Assembly: GCA_951406725.2 (NCBI GenBank)
Contig: OX597821.1
Span: forward strand, 68,944,001-69,008,000
Length of the DNA: 64,000 bases
Direction of reading: 5' to 3'
Source: Octopus vulgaris
Taxonomy: Eukaryota
This document shows, in pieces, positions 51,836 to 63,178 of this stretch (position 1 is its first letter; every line of letters begins with the position of its first letter). The notes under the pieces are model-generated. The model ran no database searches. It was given only the letters and a program-made list of their open reading frames with translations, and had not been told where the DNA came from. The position numbers and the translations under genes are program-made.

Positions 51836-52141
51836 TTGCCTGTAAGTTTCATAACTAATGAAATTGAGAATATAGATATACATACATACATACATACATA
51901 CATACATACATACATACATACATACACAGTAGAAGCCATAGCCACTCATAATGAAAAGGAATGCTGGTGGAATGTACCAATAAAGACCTCAATAAAATGT
52001 AAGCACAACAGACCTGATATAATTATTTGAGATAGAGAAAAGAAGCTGTGTATAGTTGTGGAAATTAGCTGCCCAGCAAATGTTAACATGAAGATGAAGA
52101 TCAGTGAAAAAGAGAACAACGATGCTGAACTATTGAGAAAT

Positions 52142-54678
52142 AATAATAATAATAATAATTGTGTACAGTGCTCAGGTGCACTACAACTCATCTAAAGTGT
52201 ATATATAATCAGGTGTAGTTTCGGCGGATTTCGGAAAGCATGAGGGCCTTAAAAGATGCAGTGTCATGGCAGTCAACAACTGACGCAGGCAGTTTATTCC
52301 ATGCTTCAGCAACTCTGAGCGTGAAAAAATGTTTCCGAAAGTCATGGGAGCTGTATTGTTTTCTGACTTTGTAGGCATGTCCACGTGTGTTAGACACATG
52401 GAGATCAAAAAGGTGTTCAGTGTTGTTGTTGGTGAGGTGGTTGATAACTTTGTGGGTGTTTACCAAGTCCGTCGCCAAACGCCGGAGCTTCAGTGAATCT
52501 ATGCCCAGGGAAACAAGGCGCTCAGAATATGGTAGGTGTCTGATGGAGGGTATGCGTTTGGTTGCACGTCTCTGGACAGATTCCAGGAGGTCAATGTTCT
52601 GTGCAAGATAGGGGTTCCAAACTGATGATGCGAATTCCAAGTGTGGTCGTACCATAGCTGTATACAGTTTTAAATAGATGGCTGGAGAGCGGCTAACAAA
52701 AGACCTGCTGAGTGATGCCAAGACACCCTCGGCCTTCCTGACAATCTTAGAGATATGCTTTGACCAACGCAAATCACTGCTGACAGTGATGCCTAGGTCA
52801 CGCTCACAAGAGGATTTCTTGATATCAGTGTTGTGGAGGGAGTATGTGAACGCAGGGTTTTTTCTCCCAAAATGCATGGTGGTACACTTGTCCACAGCCA
52901 GTTTCAGTTGCCAGTCTGTGATCCATTGCTGCATTGTGTCTAGGTCTGATTGCAGGAAAGAGTTGTAGACATCAGGATCTGTCCTCTTGATTTCAAGGTA
53001 CAGCTTGATGTCGTCTGCATATTTCAATACTGTGGCATTCTTTAAATTGGCATCTATGTCGTTAATGTATGCCACAAACAAGAGGGGACCAAGGACAGAT
53101 CCCTGTGGTACACCCGATGACATCTCATATGGTGTAGAGTGCTGTCCTAGAACTGTGACTACCTCCTTTCGGCTGAGGATGAAGGATTTCAACCAGTTAA
53201 AAAGGTCATCCCCCACACCCATTGCAGAGAGTTTCACCATAAGCCTTTTGTGTGGCACAGAGTTGAAAGCCTTAGCAAAGTCAAGGTAGACAACATCCAC
53301 CCATGAGCCACTGTCAGTAATCTGAGTAATGTCCTCAAGGAACTCGACAAGCTGGTCACTGCAGCTGGAGTTAGGGACAAATCCATATTGTGAGGGTCGG
53401 ATGAGACTGTGAGAGCTCCAGAAGTTCCAGAGTGTTTCTCTGACACACGATTCCATCAGTTTTGCAATACAGCTAGTGAGACTGACTGGGCGATAGTTGA
53501 CAGGTGATGTGCGGTCGCCCTTTTTGAACAGAGGAATGACACTGGCAGTTTTCCACTGCTCCGGAGTAGCACCATTGTTGAGACAGTACTGGAAGAAAAT
53601 AGAAAGCTGGTGTAAAAGGAAGTGCCTGCCACGTTTGAGAAGCAGGTATGTAACTCCATCGAGACCAGGGGAGGCATAGTTGCGCTTATTTTGAAGGTGA
53701 CGTCGCAGCATTGCAGGTGTAAATTCCATAGTTGTTATGGAGTTTGCTGTTAGTGATGGTGAAGATGGTACATTTTGACTTTCAACAGTGAATATGTTTG
53801 CATAGCACTCGGCAATGAGTTCTGCGCATTCCTTGGGGTCGTCAGTGATCTGGTTTGTGTGAGGGTTGCGAAGAGGGCCCACTGGAGAGTGAGGTCTCTG
53901 CTTTGAGTGCACATATTTCCAGAAAACCTTGCTGTCAGGATTGGCTGCCATGCACTGTTCAAATTCAAGCACTGCCTTTTTTGTCACCTGCTTGAGATGG
54001 TTGGAGGATTTATTCCGCTTCTTCCTGTTGGTGTCTGATTTATGCAACCTGTATTCCCGTTCAGCAGTCCGACGTTCCCTCCTGGCAAGTCGGACCGCTG
54101 AAGTTTCCCAAATTGCCCTTTTGGGGCGGTTCTTCTTTTTTTGTTTACGTGGCACTGATGCTGCACATGCTGCCCATATTGAGTCCAGGATACTCTGGAG
54201 TATAGTATTCACATCTCCAGAGTTGTAGAATTCACGCCAGTTTGGGTGCTGTAGTTCAGTGTGGTACAGGTTCCAATCTGCTCTCTTCCAATCGAAGGAA
54301 GCAGATTGGAGATGGTTCAGGTTTTTGTTGCCCGCAAGAGCCAGATTGGCGATGATCATAGCATGATCAGAGTCACCTAGAGGTTCCTCCGTAGTGCAAT
54401 TGATAACTGCTTCAGGAGTTGTGGTGAAGAGCAGGTCCAAGGTGTTGTCGCCTCTTGTTGGAGAGGTGACTACTTGTGACCAGTTTGAGTCCAGCACAAG
54501 CTCAACAAAATCGTTTGCACTCTGTGGCCAATGGAAGGTCTCCCAATCGATCTCAGGATGATTGAAATCGCCTGCAATAAACACATAAGTGGCTGTTTTC
54601 CTGGCAGCAGCTCGGAGGACATTGCAAAGCTGTGTGTCCCGATGGTAACTTGGGGGACGATAAACAACTACGATAAAT
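52142..54678 (-). mobile_element. Young 5'-truncated CR1-clade LINE
   Basis: GC-richer than its flanks, (ATT)n 3' tail, AAAT at both junctions (52138-41 and 54675-78). Confidence 0.95.
52209..54584 (-). CDS. CR1 ORF2: partial APE endonuclease plus complete reverse transcriptase (791 aa; frame open to the truncation point)
   Basis: VYRPP, GDFNHP, LDL, SDH (APE); PGLDG, YRPVSLTS, QYGF, YLDFAKAF, GVPQGSVLGP, YADD, DLGI, RPHLEF (RT). No stops. Confidence 0.95.
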   Translation of the reverse strand: MFIAGDFNHPEIDWETFHWPQSANDFVELVLDSNWSQVVTSPTRGDNTLDLLFTTTPEAVINCTTEEPLGDSDHAMIIANLALAGNKNLNHLQSASFDWKRADWNLYHTELQHPNWREFYNSGDVNTILQSILDSIWAACAASVPRKQKKKNRPKRAIWETSAVRLARRERRTAEREYRLHKSDTNRKKRNKSSNHLKQVTKKAVLEFEQCMAANPDSKVFWKYVHSKQRPHSPVGPLRNPHTNQITDDPKECAELIAECYANIFTVESQNVPSSPSLTANSITTMEFTPAMLRRHLQNKRNYASPGLDGVTYLLLKRGRHFLLHQLSIFFQYCLNNGATPEQWKTASVIPLFKKGDRTSPVNYRPVSLTSCIAKLMESCVRETLWNFWSSHSLIRPSQYGFVPNSSCSDQLVEFLEDITQITDSGSWVDVVYLDFAKAFNSVPHKRLMVKLSAMGVGDDLFNWLKSFILSRKEVVTVLGQHSTPYEMSSGVPQGSVLGPLLFVAYINDIDANLKNATVLKYADDIKLYLEIKRTDPDVYNSFLQSDLDTMQQWITDWQLKLAVDKCTTMHFGRKNPAFTYSLHNTDIKKSSCERDLGITVSSDLRWSKHISKIVRKAEGVLASLSRSFVSRSPAIYLKLYTAMVRPHLEFASSVWNPYLAQNIDLLESVQRRATKRIPSIRHLPYSERLVSLGIDSLKLRRLATDLVNTHKVINHLTNNNTEHLFDLHVSNTRGHAYKVRKQYSSHDFRKHFFTLRVAEAWNKLPASVVDCHDTASFKALMLSEIRRNYT

Positions 54679-54953
54679 CTGTAGTTACTCTATCCAGATT
54701 ACAAGTTCAGGTTTATACCTGTAATTATTGGGGCTCTGGGATATGTAACACACTGCTTAAATACCAATCTTGAGAAATTGGACTTCTCAAAACAGAAAGG
54801 AGAAAGCTTATTCAAAGGCTACAGATCCAATCCATCACTGGAACTGTAAGAATCTATAAAACTTTCCAGAAGTTTATCATTTAAATATCTATGAGCATGT
54901 CTAGATATGCAGTTATATGAATGAGAATACATACATAAAACATACAAATCTGA

Positions 54954-54984
<31 letters not shown>

Positions 54985-55049
54985 CATACATACATACATA
55001 CATATATACATACATACATATATATACATACATACATATATATATATCA

Positions 55050-55252
55050 GACGCCATGATAGATCGTTAGCCACTACACACATTTTTTTTCTCTCCATGT
55101 TTCTCTCCTTTTTTCTATGTCCCTTTCTGTAGAAGAGCATAGGCTTGAAACGTAAAAGATTTTTTCTATTCCTGAGCGTTATACTAATACATCTGTTTGT
55201 TTTGTACACCACCTGTCTTCGTCTTTTGTTGTTTTTTTCATAAATTCTCCCT
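55050..55252 (+). mobile_element. PLE-like terminal repeat with a variant hammerhead core (second copy)
   Basis: CTTT-CTGTAGA-A-GAGC-ATAG-GCTT-GAA-ACGT-A-AAAG at 55123-55158, ending at (TA)n. Confidence 0.72.
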
Positions 55253-55315
55253 ATATATATATATATACTAAATAAATAAATGTAGTTAAACGCGGGTGTT
55301 ATTCAAATCTTTATA

Positions 55316-55405
55316 CTCCCGACATATGTTTCGAAGAAAACATTGATATTATTCCAGAAGGAATAAAATGATGCAAAACAATGCAATCTTCTCATTAGGC
55401 AAAAA
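55316..55405 (-). ncRNA. Hammerhead motif (one core substitution), inverted and upstream of the PLE RT
   Basis: CTAATGA-GAAGA...TCTTC-GAA-ACATATGT-C with palindromic helix III and GUC triplet. Confidence 0.6.
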
Positions 55406-55489
55406 AGAGGAACAAAACACATCACTGAGACATTTTAACTGAATGTAATTACTGCATATATAATGAAAGGAACGCAAGATAAATGTATT

Positions 55490-56232
55490 CCTACTTAGTT
55501 AAAAAATTAAAGCTTAATTTATGCTCTAATTTGTTCCAAGTGGTTGACTGCTTTAATTCTATTAATAACAAGAAGTGCACTAAGTTTATCCAGTTTGATA
55601 TTTCCAGTTTCTATTTCTCTATCAACCCAATTGTACTCAACAAGGCACTCTGGTTTGCACACAACAAAACAGGTTTCACCAGGGATGAAATTAATGTTGT
55701 GTTAGCCACCAGAAAATCTATTATTAAATTTGATCACAAGCTGTGGATCCGTAAAGATACACCCAACAGTTTTGATGTTATGATGTGAAGTTCTGATTCA
55801 GCACAAATCACTGATTTAGTCGGTATCTATATCCTTTATGAGATGGCTGACCAATTCCCAAACATCAATGGAGGTCTATATTGTGATGATTGTCTACTCT
55901 ACCTTCAAAATGCCTTTAACCAAAAATTTAAAAGGGTTAAAAATAAGCTGGTTAAATTTTTCTGAAACATGGGCTTAAGCATTGTTTTCGATGATGATAT
56001 AACTAAAGCCAACTTTTTGGATATTACTCTTAACTTTCATAATGATTCATATTTCCCATACCATAAACCCTCAACTAATTAAAAATATATTAGCATTTTT
56101 AGTAATCACTCTTAGGCTATTACAAAGAATTTAGTTAGGAATATTTCACTTAGACTTTCTAGATTATCTGCTAATGTTGATATCTTCGATGATAAAGCTG
56201 AATTTTATAACTCTGCCTTACTTAAAGCAGGC
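55490..56232 (+). pseudogene. Penelope-like reverse transcriptase pseudogene
   Basis: FIQFDISSFYFSI, FDVMM*SSDSAQITDLVGIYIL, GGLYCDDCL, NFLDITL, YFPYHKP, SNH, RLSRLS, YNSALLKAG in one frame with several stops. Confidence 0.9.
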
Positions 56233-56789
56233 TTGGTTATGATATCCCTCTTTAGAATTAAAAAAATTTTATTTTTATACAACTTAATAATATCGTTTAT
56301 AAATGTTCTCCCACTGAGCCCTTAATGTTTTCCTAGATCTCATTGTAGCATCCTAGGTTTCGTAGTATTTGCCCCTTTAACTGGTAACAACATCATGATT
56401 TAATGTCACCCCTACCCTACCTCTTTTATTGACATTTACTACTATCTAATTGACTCTTTCTAAAGTTCTGTTTCTTTTTCTTGTGGGTAGAGGTGTACCT
56501 GTGACAGTATGAAATTTATGACCTACAGCCAGTTATGAGTTGTCAACTCATTTTGCTCTTTATTCTAAATATAAGCAGTCTTCTAGTCTTAGGTTTTTGT
56601 TAATGACCAGGAGATACAACCCTATGACCCCCTCTGTATTCCATGCCACTCTAAAAATTGTAGTCTGTTCTTCTCTTAGCTATTCTTGCTACAATAGTGC
56701 CAACATGAAATTCTTCCCTCCTCTTGTTCTGTTAAAATATTTAAGAACAATTATATTACTATATCTTGTCTGTTGAAAATCCATATTTG

Positions 56790-56875
56790 TGCAGCTGAAG
56801 ATAGCACTGTATTTAAATTGATGTAAAGACTGCATTGATCAATTAAATGGAGCCACTTGAAACGGTCGTACTGCA
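56790..56875 (+). ncRNA. Type I hammerhead ribozyme motif
   Basis: Helix I TGCAG/CTGCA (perfect), CTGAAGA 56795-801, long stem II (AATTGAT/ATCAATT), GAA-AC(GGTC)GT-A at 56859-70. Confidence 0.7.
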
Positions 56876-56982
56876 TTAATACTTAAAATCTGTTACTTAT
56901 TTTGATTATATATATATATATATCCAACACGACAAAGACAAAAATACATAACATCAATTTAGCCTTTTATTCATTATTATTT

Positions 56983-57713
56983 GCTAGCAAGGACACAGCA
57001 TTTCATTTTGCAACCTTAATATACTATGAAGTATATCAAAAGCTTATAAGTCAATATTGTGTCTTACTTTTGTGCTAGTTGTGCAATGTTTTCATTTTTA
57101 AGTTTATCTCTACAGATTTTCAATATAATTCAGAGCCAGCACTGCAAGTTATGATGTTTTGTATCTGAATACATTTATGTTTATAGATTGATTCCATCAT
57201 AGGATGAGACAAGCCTCTGTCTTCAGGGCAGAGATCTTACCTTTGAGGTGTTAAAGGAAAGTTCAAAGATGGAAACGCTTCAAATGAAAGATCTCTTCTC
57301 TGAAGATGGAAGCTCATCTCATCCTATGATGGAATCAATCTACAAACATTATTATGAATACACTTATGTAAACAATATAATCAAAGTTAGAAAAAAATAG
57401 GTAATGGATGAATATGCATATTTCAAGAATTATTGTTCTTTTATCAGCACCACATCCAACCCATTGCTTAAATACCCACAAAGTTTAGTGTTGTGACACT
57501 ATTGGATAGATCAATTTACATATTGAGCACATTCCCGGCCACTGGAACATAAATAATAATTGCTAACAAGGACACAGTATTTCATTGTACAACCATAATA
57601 TACTACGAAGACATCAAAGGTTTACAAGTCAATATTGTGCCTTGCTTTTGTGTTAGCAGTGTGATGTTCTCATTTTTAAGTTTATCTCTACAGATTTTCG
57701 ATAGAATTCAGAG
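56983..57713 (+). repeat. About 150-bp diverged direct repeats flanking a fold-back
   Basis: 56983-57135 matches 57562-57713. Palindromes at 57177-57349 and 57719-57917. Confidence 0.8.
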
Positions 57714-58344
57714 CTTCGATTCATTATTCCCATTTCTTAACTCTCTTAACATATTCTTAACGCATCTGGCAGAATCATCTTGGATAGTCAAAGTCAGCCT
57801 GATGTCAATCAATACACATAAATATATTTTCACCGGGATGACTTGATTACTGAAGATGTTTGTGCTGGATTTTTTTCAGAATGTGTTAAGAGCATTAAGA
57901 AACAGGAATATTGAATTAAAGGTTAACTGATGTTGTTCATTTCTGTCTTTATCACGTTGTACGTATATAGAATAGTATGCAGTTTTATGCCTAATGTATT
58001 AAATGTATGGATATTTACAGTAAGGTATGGTGTAACAATTTTTGTTGTCTCAAATTTGTAATCTTTTACAAAACTTTTTATTTCTTTTATTCTTTTACTT
58101 GTTTCAGTCATTTTGACCGCTGCCATGCTGGAGCACTACTTAAAAGGGTTTATAGTCAAAGCAATTGACCTGAGTACTTATTCTTCGTAATCCTAGCACT
58201 TATTCTATTGGTCTCTTTTGTTGAACCACTAAGTTACGGGAATCTAAACACACTGATATCAGTTGTCAAGTGATGGTAGTGGGGACAAACACAGACACAA
58301 AGCCATACATACATAAATATATACATACATATATGTATATATAT

Positions 58345-59075
58345 TGATAGCTTCCATTACCTAGGTGACCAAGTCAGTAGTGGGGGGTGGGTGCACTGAA
58401 AGTGTAGCTACTAGAATAAGAATAGCCTGGGCAAAGTTCAGAGAGCTGAGTAGACTGGAGCAACATGAAGTGAAATATTTTGATCAAGAACATGATGCAT
58501 CACCTGGTACAGGAATTGAAACTACAATCTTTTGATCACAAGTCCAATACACTAGCCACTAGGTCAAACACATCTACACCTGGTTTGGCAGCAAAGCCTA
58601 AAATCAAGTGGTTCAGACTAAATCTAGTAAAAACTGAAATTTTAATTAACAGGAATGAAGACAAGAGCCTACCATTGGTCAATGCTCAATGTGCAGGTGA
58701 AGAGTATGTAGGAAACCCATATAGTGTACCTGGTATAAACTATGGATGCACAAGAGGTATTGGGAGATCATTAGCAGGCTGAAAGAGGAAGCAGAATTTG
58801 TATGTAGCTGATCTACTGTAGTTGCAGGAAGAGTATAAATGAAATAAATTCCTTCAAATACCTAAAATGCTCCGTAGAAGTAACTAATAGCTTCAGTTAC
58901 CATGGTGATTTAATTAGCAGTAGAGCTGGGTCCAGAAAATATAGTAAGCCCATGTAAGAATTGGATAGGAAAAGTTCAGAGAACTATTACTTCTACTGGC
59001 AATGAAATGTTTCTCTTGGCAGACCAAGAGACAGAGAAAATAGAACTTCTGCACTTTTGATATCAACCCGCCTGA
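58345..59075 (+). pseudogene. RTE-clade ORF remnants
   Basis: DSFHYLGDQVSSGG..CTESVATRIRIAWAKFREL, a Cys-rich segment near 58670-58760, and a second decayed copy of the same motifs near 58890-58990. Confidence 0.75.
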
Positions 59076-59485
59076 AACTTTCCCTGGTTCTATGATACAA
59101 ACACACATTATAGATATATATATGAAAAATACTGAGAAAGGGTTGAAGTGCATTAAATTTATACATAGGCGCAGGAGTAGCTGTGTGGTAAGTAGCTTGC
59201 TTACCAACCACGTGGTTCTGAGTTCATTCCCACTGCGTGGCACCTTGGGCAGAGTGTCTTCTACTATAGCCTCGGGCCAACCAAAGCCTTGTGAGTGGAT
59301 TTGGTAGACAGAAACTGAAAGAAGCCCATCGTATATATGTATATATATATGGAGTGGTTGGTGTTAGGAAGGGCATCCAGCTGTAGAAACACTGCCAGAT
59401 TTGACTGGCCTGGTGCAGCCTTCAGGCTTCCCAGACCCCAGTTGAACTGTCCAACCCATGCTAGCATGGAAAGCGGACGTTAAAC

Positions 59486-59529
<44 letters not shown>

Positions 59530-60644
59530 GTGTGTATATGTTTGTGTGACTGTGTTTGTCCCTCCAACATCACTTGACAACCGATGGTGGTGTGTTTACA
59601 TCTCCGTAACTTAGCAGTTCGACAATAGAGACCGATAGGCTTACAAAGAATAAGTCCTGGGGTCGATTTGCTCGACTAAAGGCGGCGCTCCAGCATGGCC
59701 ACAGTCAAATAACTGAAACAAGTAAAAGAGTAAAAGAGTATATATAAATTGTTTGTTTAAATAAAAGTTTTATTCTTTAATGCATCTGGTATATACATTT
59801 TTAAAATATATTTTATATATATTTTATATATTTTATATATACAGTTTTTTTTTTATATATTTGTAAATACGTAAAAGTAAAAATATAAAATTATGTTTTT
59901 CCATTACAAATGTTTCTGCATAATAGTTTTACTGAGAATATATTTGTGTTTATATTCACAAGGTGAGTTTAACAAACAACACAAATAAAAGGGAGAGAGA
60001 TTAAAAATCACATTACTTTGAGAGTCTTTTGAATGAGAAAAATTTTAGAGAATAAATTTTTATGTATGCTACAGCCAAAAGAGATTTTGTAGTAGAAGAA
60101 AAATATTTAACTGACCAGGATCCAATATGCTCAGTGATTTAAATTATCAAAGTTTACTTTTGTTATATGGTAAGGTGCATGAGTGACTGTGTGTAATTAG
60201 CTTGCTTAACAACCACATGGTTCTGGTTTCAGTCCCACTGCGTGGCACCTTGGGCAAGTGCCTTCTGCTGTAGCCTCGGACCGACCAAAGCCTTGTGAGT
60301 AGATTTGGTAGACGGAAACTGAAAGAAGCCCATTGTATATATGTATATATATATATATATATGTATGTGTATGTGTATGTGTGTGTATATGTTTGTGTGT
60401 CTGTGTTTGTCCCTTCAACATCGCTTGACAACTGATGCTGGTGTGTTTACATCCCCGTAACTTAGCGGTTCAGTGAAAGAGACTCATAGAATAAGTACTA
60501 GGCTTCCAAAGAATAAGTCCTGGGGTTGATTTCCTCAACTAAAGGTGGTGCTTCAGCATGGCCAGTCAAACGACTGAAACATGTAACAGAATAAAAGAAA
60601 AAAGAATATGTTTGGATAATGTGTCAATCAATCTATTTGAGGGA

Positions 60645-60678
<34 letters not shown>

Positions 60679-61356
60679 ACACATTATATATCATCATCAT
60701 TATTATTGTTGAATGTCCATGTTCCATGCTGGCATGGGTTGGATGATTTGGCCAGATTTGATGGGTCCAGCAACTGGATCAGGTTCCAGTATCTGCCTTG
60801 ACATGGTCTCAATGGCTGGATGCCCTTCTTAAATGAACTACTTTACAGTGTGTACTGAGTGCTTTTTTTTCATGCAATTGACTCTAGTGAGGTCATCATG
60901 TCTCCCCCGCAAGCCTATGAAAACCAAGAGGAAGGGCTTTATGTTAGAAGATGAGGGTTAAGGTAAGAAAGAAGACTGTGAAGCAAAGTAGGTTCTGGTT
61001 ATAGGGGAGCTGCATGGCTTCTGACATTCAGGAGAGAGTTAGTACCTGCAAAGAGGCAGATAGTGGAGATGAGGTGTCCAGGTAGCACTTCAAGGTATGA
61101 GGTCAGCAAAAGTGAGTGGGGACAGAGAAACTGGAAGTGGGTGGAGGTTTGTAAGAGTGAAAGGTGGTGGGGAGAGAGAGGGGCAAAATAGAAGAGGGGA
61201 GGCAGGCAATGCTTGTAAGGACTGGGTAGGGTTGAAGGGTGGATGCAAGAAGAGAGCAGTAACAGGACAGTAATGATGATACAGTTGATGATGTGGGGGT
61301 GGGAGAAGAAGGCAAGAGAGAGAGAGAGTGAGGTGACATGTTTGGACAGGCTACAG

Positions 61357-61389
<33 letters not shown>

Positions 61390-62057
61390 AGGCATAGTGC
61401 ATGAGGATAGAACTGGGTGGTGCAGTGAAGGGATGGAGGAGATCAATGTGACATGTAAAGGACAACATTAATGGATAAAACAGTGTGGTATCAGGAAGGG
61501 GTGAGGTGAGTAGCAGTAGTGGGAGAGATGTTAGGCAGGGGAGGGGATGTAAGGGGGAAATTTTACACATACACACACACACACACAAAAATTCATTCAG
61601 TCACTATCTTATTAAGACCATGGGCAAAGTAATGCTCTGGAGCCTACAAACTTCAAGGAATCTGAATGAAATCTTTCCATCAAAATTTCATGTTAATTTA
61701 TACGTTCCTAACAGCAGGTTGATAATATCAAACAGTTATTTGGCTAAATTCTTTTTACCATTTATCTTTCACTTGTTTCGGTCATTTGACTGTGACCATG
61801 CTGGAGCATTGCCTTGAAGGGTTTTAGTGAGCCAAATCGTCCCCAGGACTTATTTTAAAAAAAATCTAGTACTTATTCTATCAGTCTCACTAATTTACAG
61901 GGACATAAAAAACACCAGTTGTCAAGCAGTGGTGTGGGACAGACACACACACACATAGTTATACACACACACATATATATAATCACCACATTTTGAATTA
62001 TATGGGTAATACCATACTAAATTCTGGTGCCTTTAACTGAATCTAAATTTTACTGAA

Positions 62058-62094
<37 letters not shown>

Positions 62095-62819
62095 ACAAAA
62101 TCAAAAGCAAACTCGATGAACATTAATGGAATTTGTAGTTTTGTGGTACCAGTGCCGGTGGCACATACGAAAACCATCCGAACGTGGCCGTAGCCAGTAC
62201 CGCATTGACTGGCCTCCGTGCCGGTGACACGTAAAAAACACCATCCAAGCGTGGCCGTTCGCCAGCCTTGTCTGGCACCTGTGTCGGTGGCACATAAAAT
62301 CACCCACTACACTCTCGGAGTGGTTGGCGTTAGGAAGGGCATCCAGCTGTAGAAACACTGCCAGATCTGACTAGCCTAGTGCAGCCTCCGGGCTTCCCAG
62401 ACCCCAGTTGAACCGTCCAACCCATGCTAGCATGGAAAGCGGACGTTAAACGATGATGATGATGATGATGACAACGGTATTCCAATTTCCCTCTACCAAA
62501 TCCACTCACAAGACACTTGCCCAAGTTGCCACATAGTGGGACTGAACTCAGAACCATGTGGTTGGGAAGCAAACTTCTTATCACACAACCATGCCATTTG
62601 AAAATTAATTGAAATAAAGGTTGTGTATGCCAACTAAAATATGGTAAGGGTTACAGACTAAATCAATTTCTGATTTCTGACCTATTAGTACAAAGTCATA
62701 AATTTGGCGAATGGAAATAAAGTTGACATGGAGGTTGAAAGGTGAAGTTTACTGTGAAGTGAATATGAACTCAGAACACAAAAGGATGGAAGGAAATACC
62801 ACAAAACATTTTGTCTGGT

Positions 62820-62950
62820 ATATTATTTACATTATTTACATTTGACGGATATTTGTCCTCGTCTTGTTTGTAGTAAACACAATGTTTCAGTTGATATACC
62901 CTCCAGCCTTCATCAGGTGTCTTGGAGAAATTTATAATAATAATAATAAC

Positions 62951-62988
<38 letters not shown>

Positions 62989-63178
62989 TAATAACATCAA
63001 AAAATACCTTAGGAAGGAGAACCAAGGTTTGGAATTTCCCTAAGATACCTGATGAAGGCTGGAGTGTATATCAGCTGAAACGTTGTGTTAACAACAAACA
63101 AGATGAAGACAAATATCAGTCAAATGTAAATAGTGTAAATAATGTACATAATTCCTCATCTCTTAAATATAGAACTGT
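62820..63178. mobile_element. Second copy of the palindromic hammerhead element, inserted in a SINE
   Basis: Cores at 62910-62916(-) and 63049-63055(+), (AAT)n centre, 12-bp TSD ATTTTGTCTGGT at 62808-19 and 63179-90. Confidence 0.88.

Larger units (their letters stand above)
51928..54915 (+). pseudogene. R4/Dong-clade (RLE endonuclease) LINE 3' remnant, split by the CR1 insertion
   Basis: WWNVPIKTSIKCKHNRPDIII*D...VVEISCP...ELLRN (51928-52141) joins L*LLYPDYKFRFIPVIIGALG... (54679 onward). Flanked by (TACA)n on both sides. Confidence 0.85.

Noticed and set aside
52387-54773. Short plus-strand ORFs overlapping the CR1
   Set aside because: They are antisense shadows of a GC-richer coding sequence.
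55786-55788. In-frame TGA in the PLE RT as selenocysteine recoding (known for some Naiad PLEs)
   Set aside because: It replaces a conserved Gly (MG motif), not a Cys, and TAA/TAG stops occur in the same frame.
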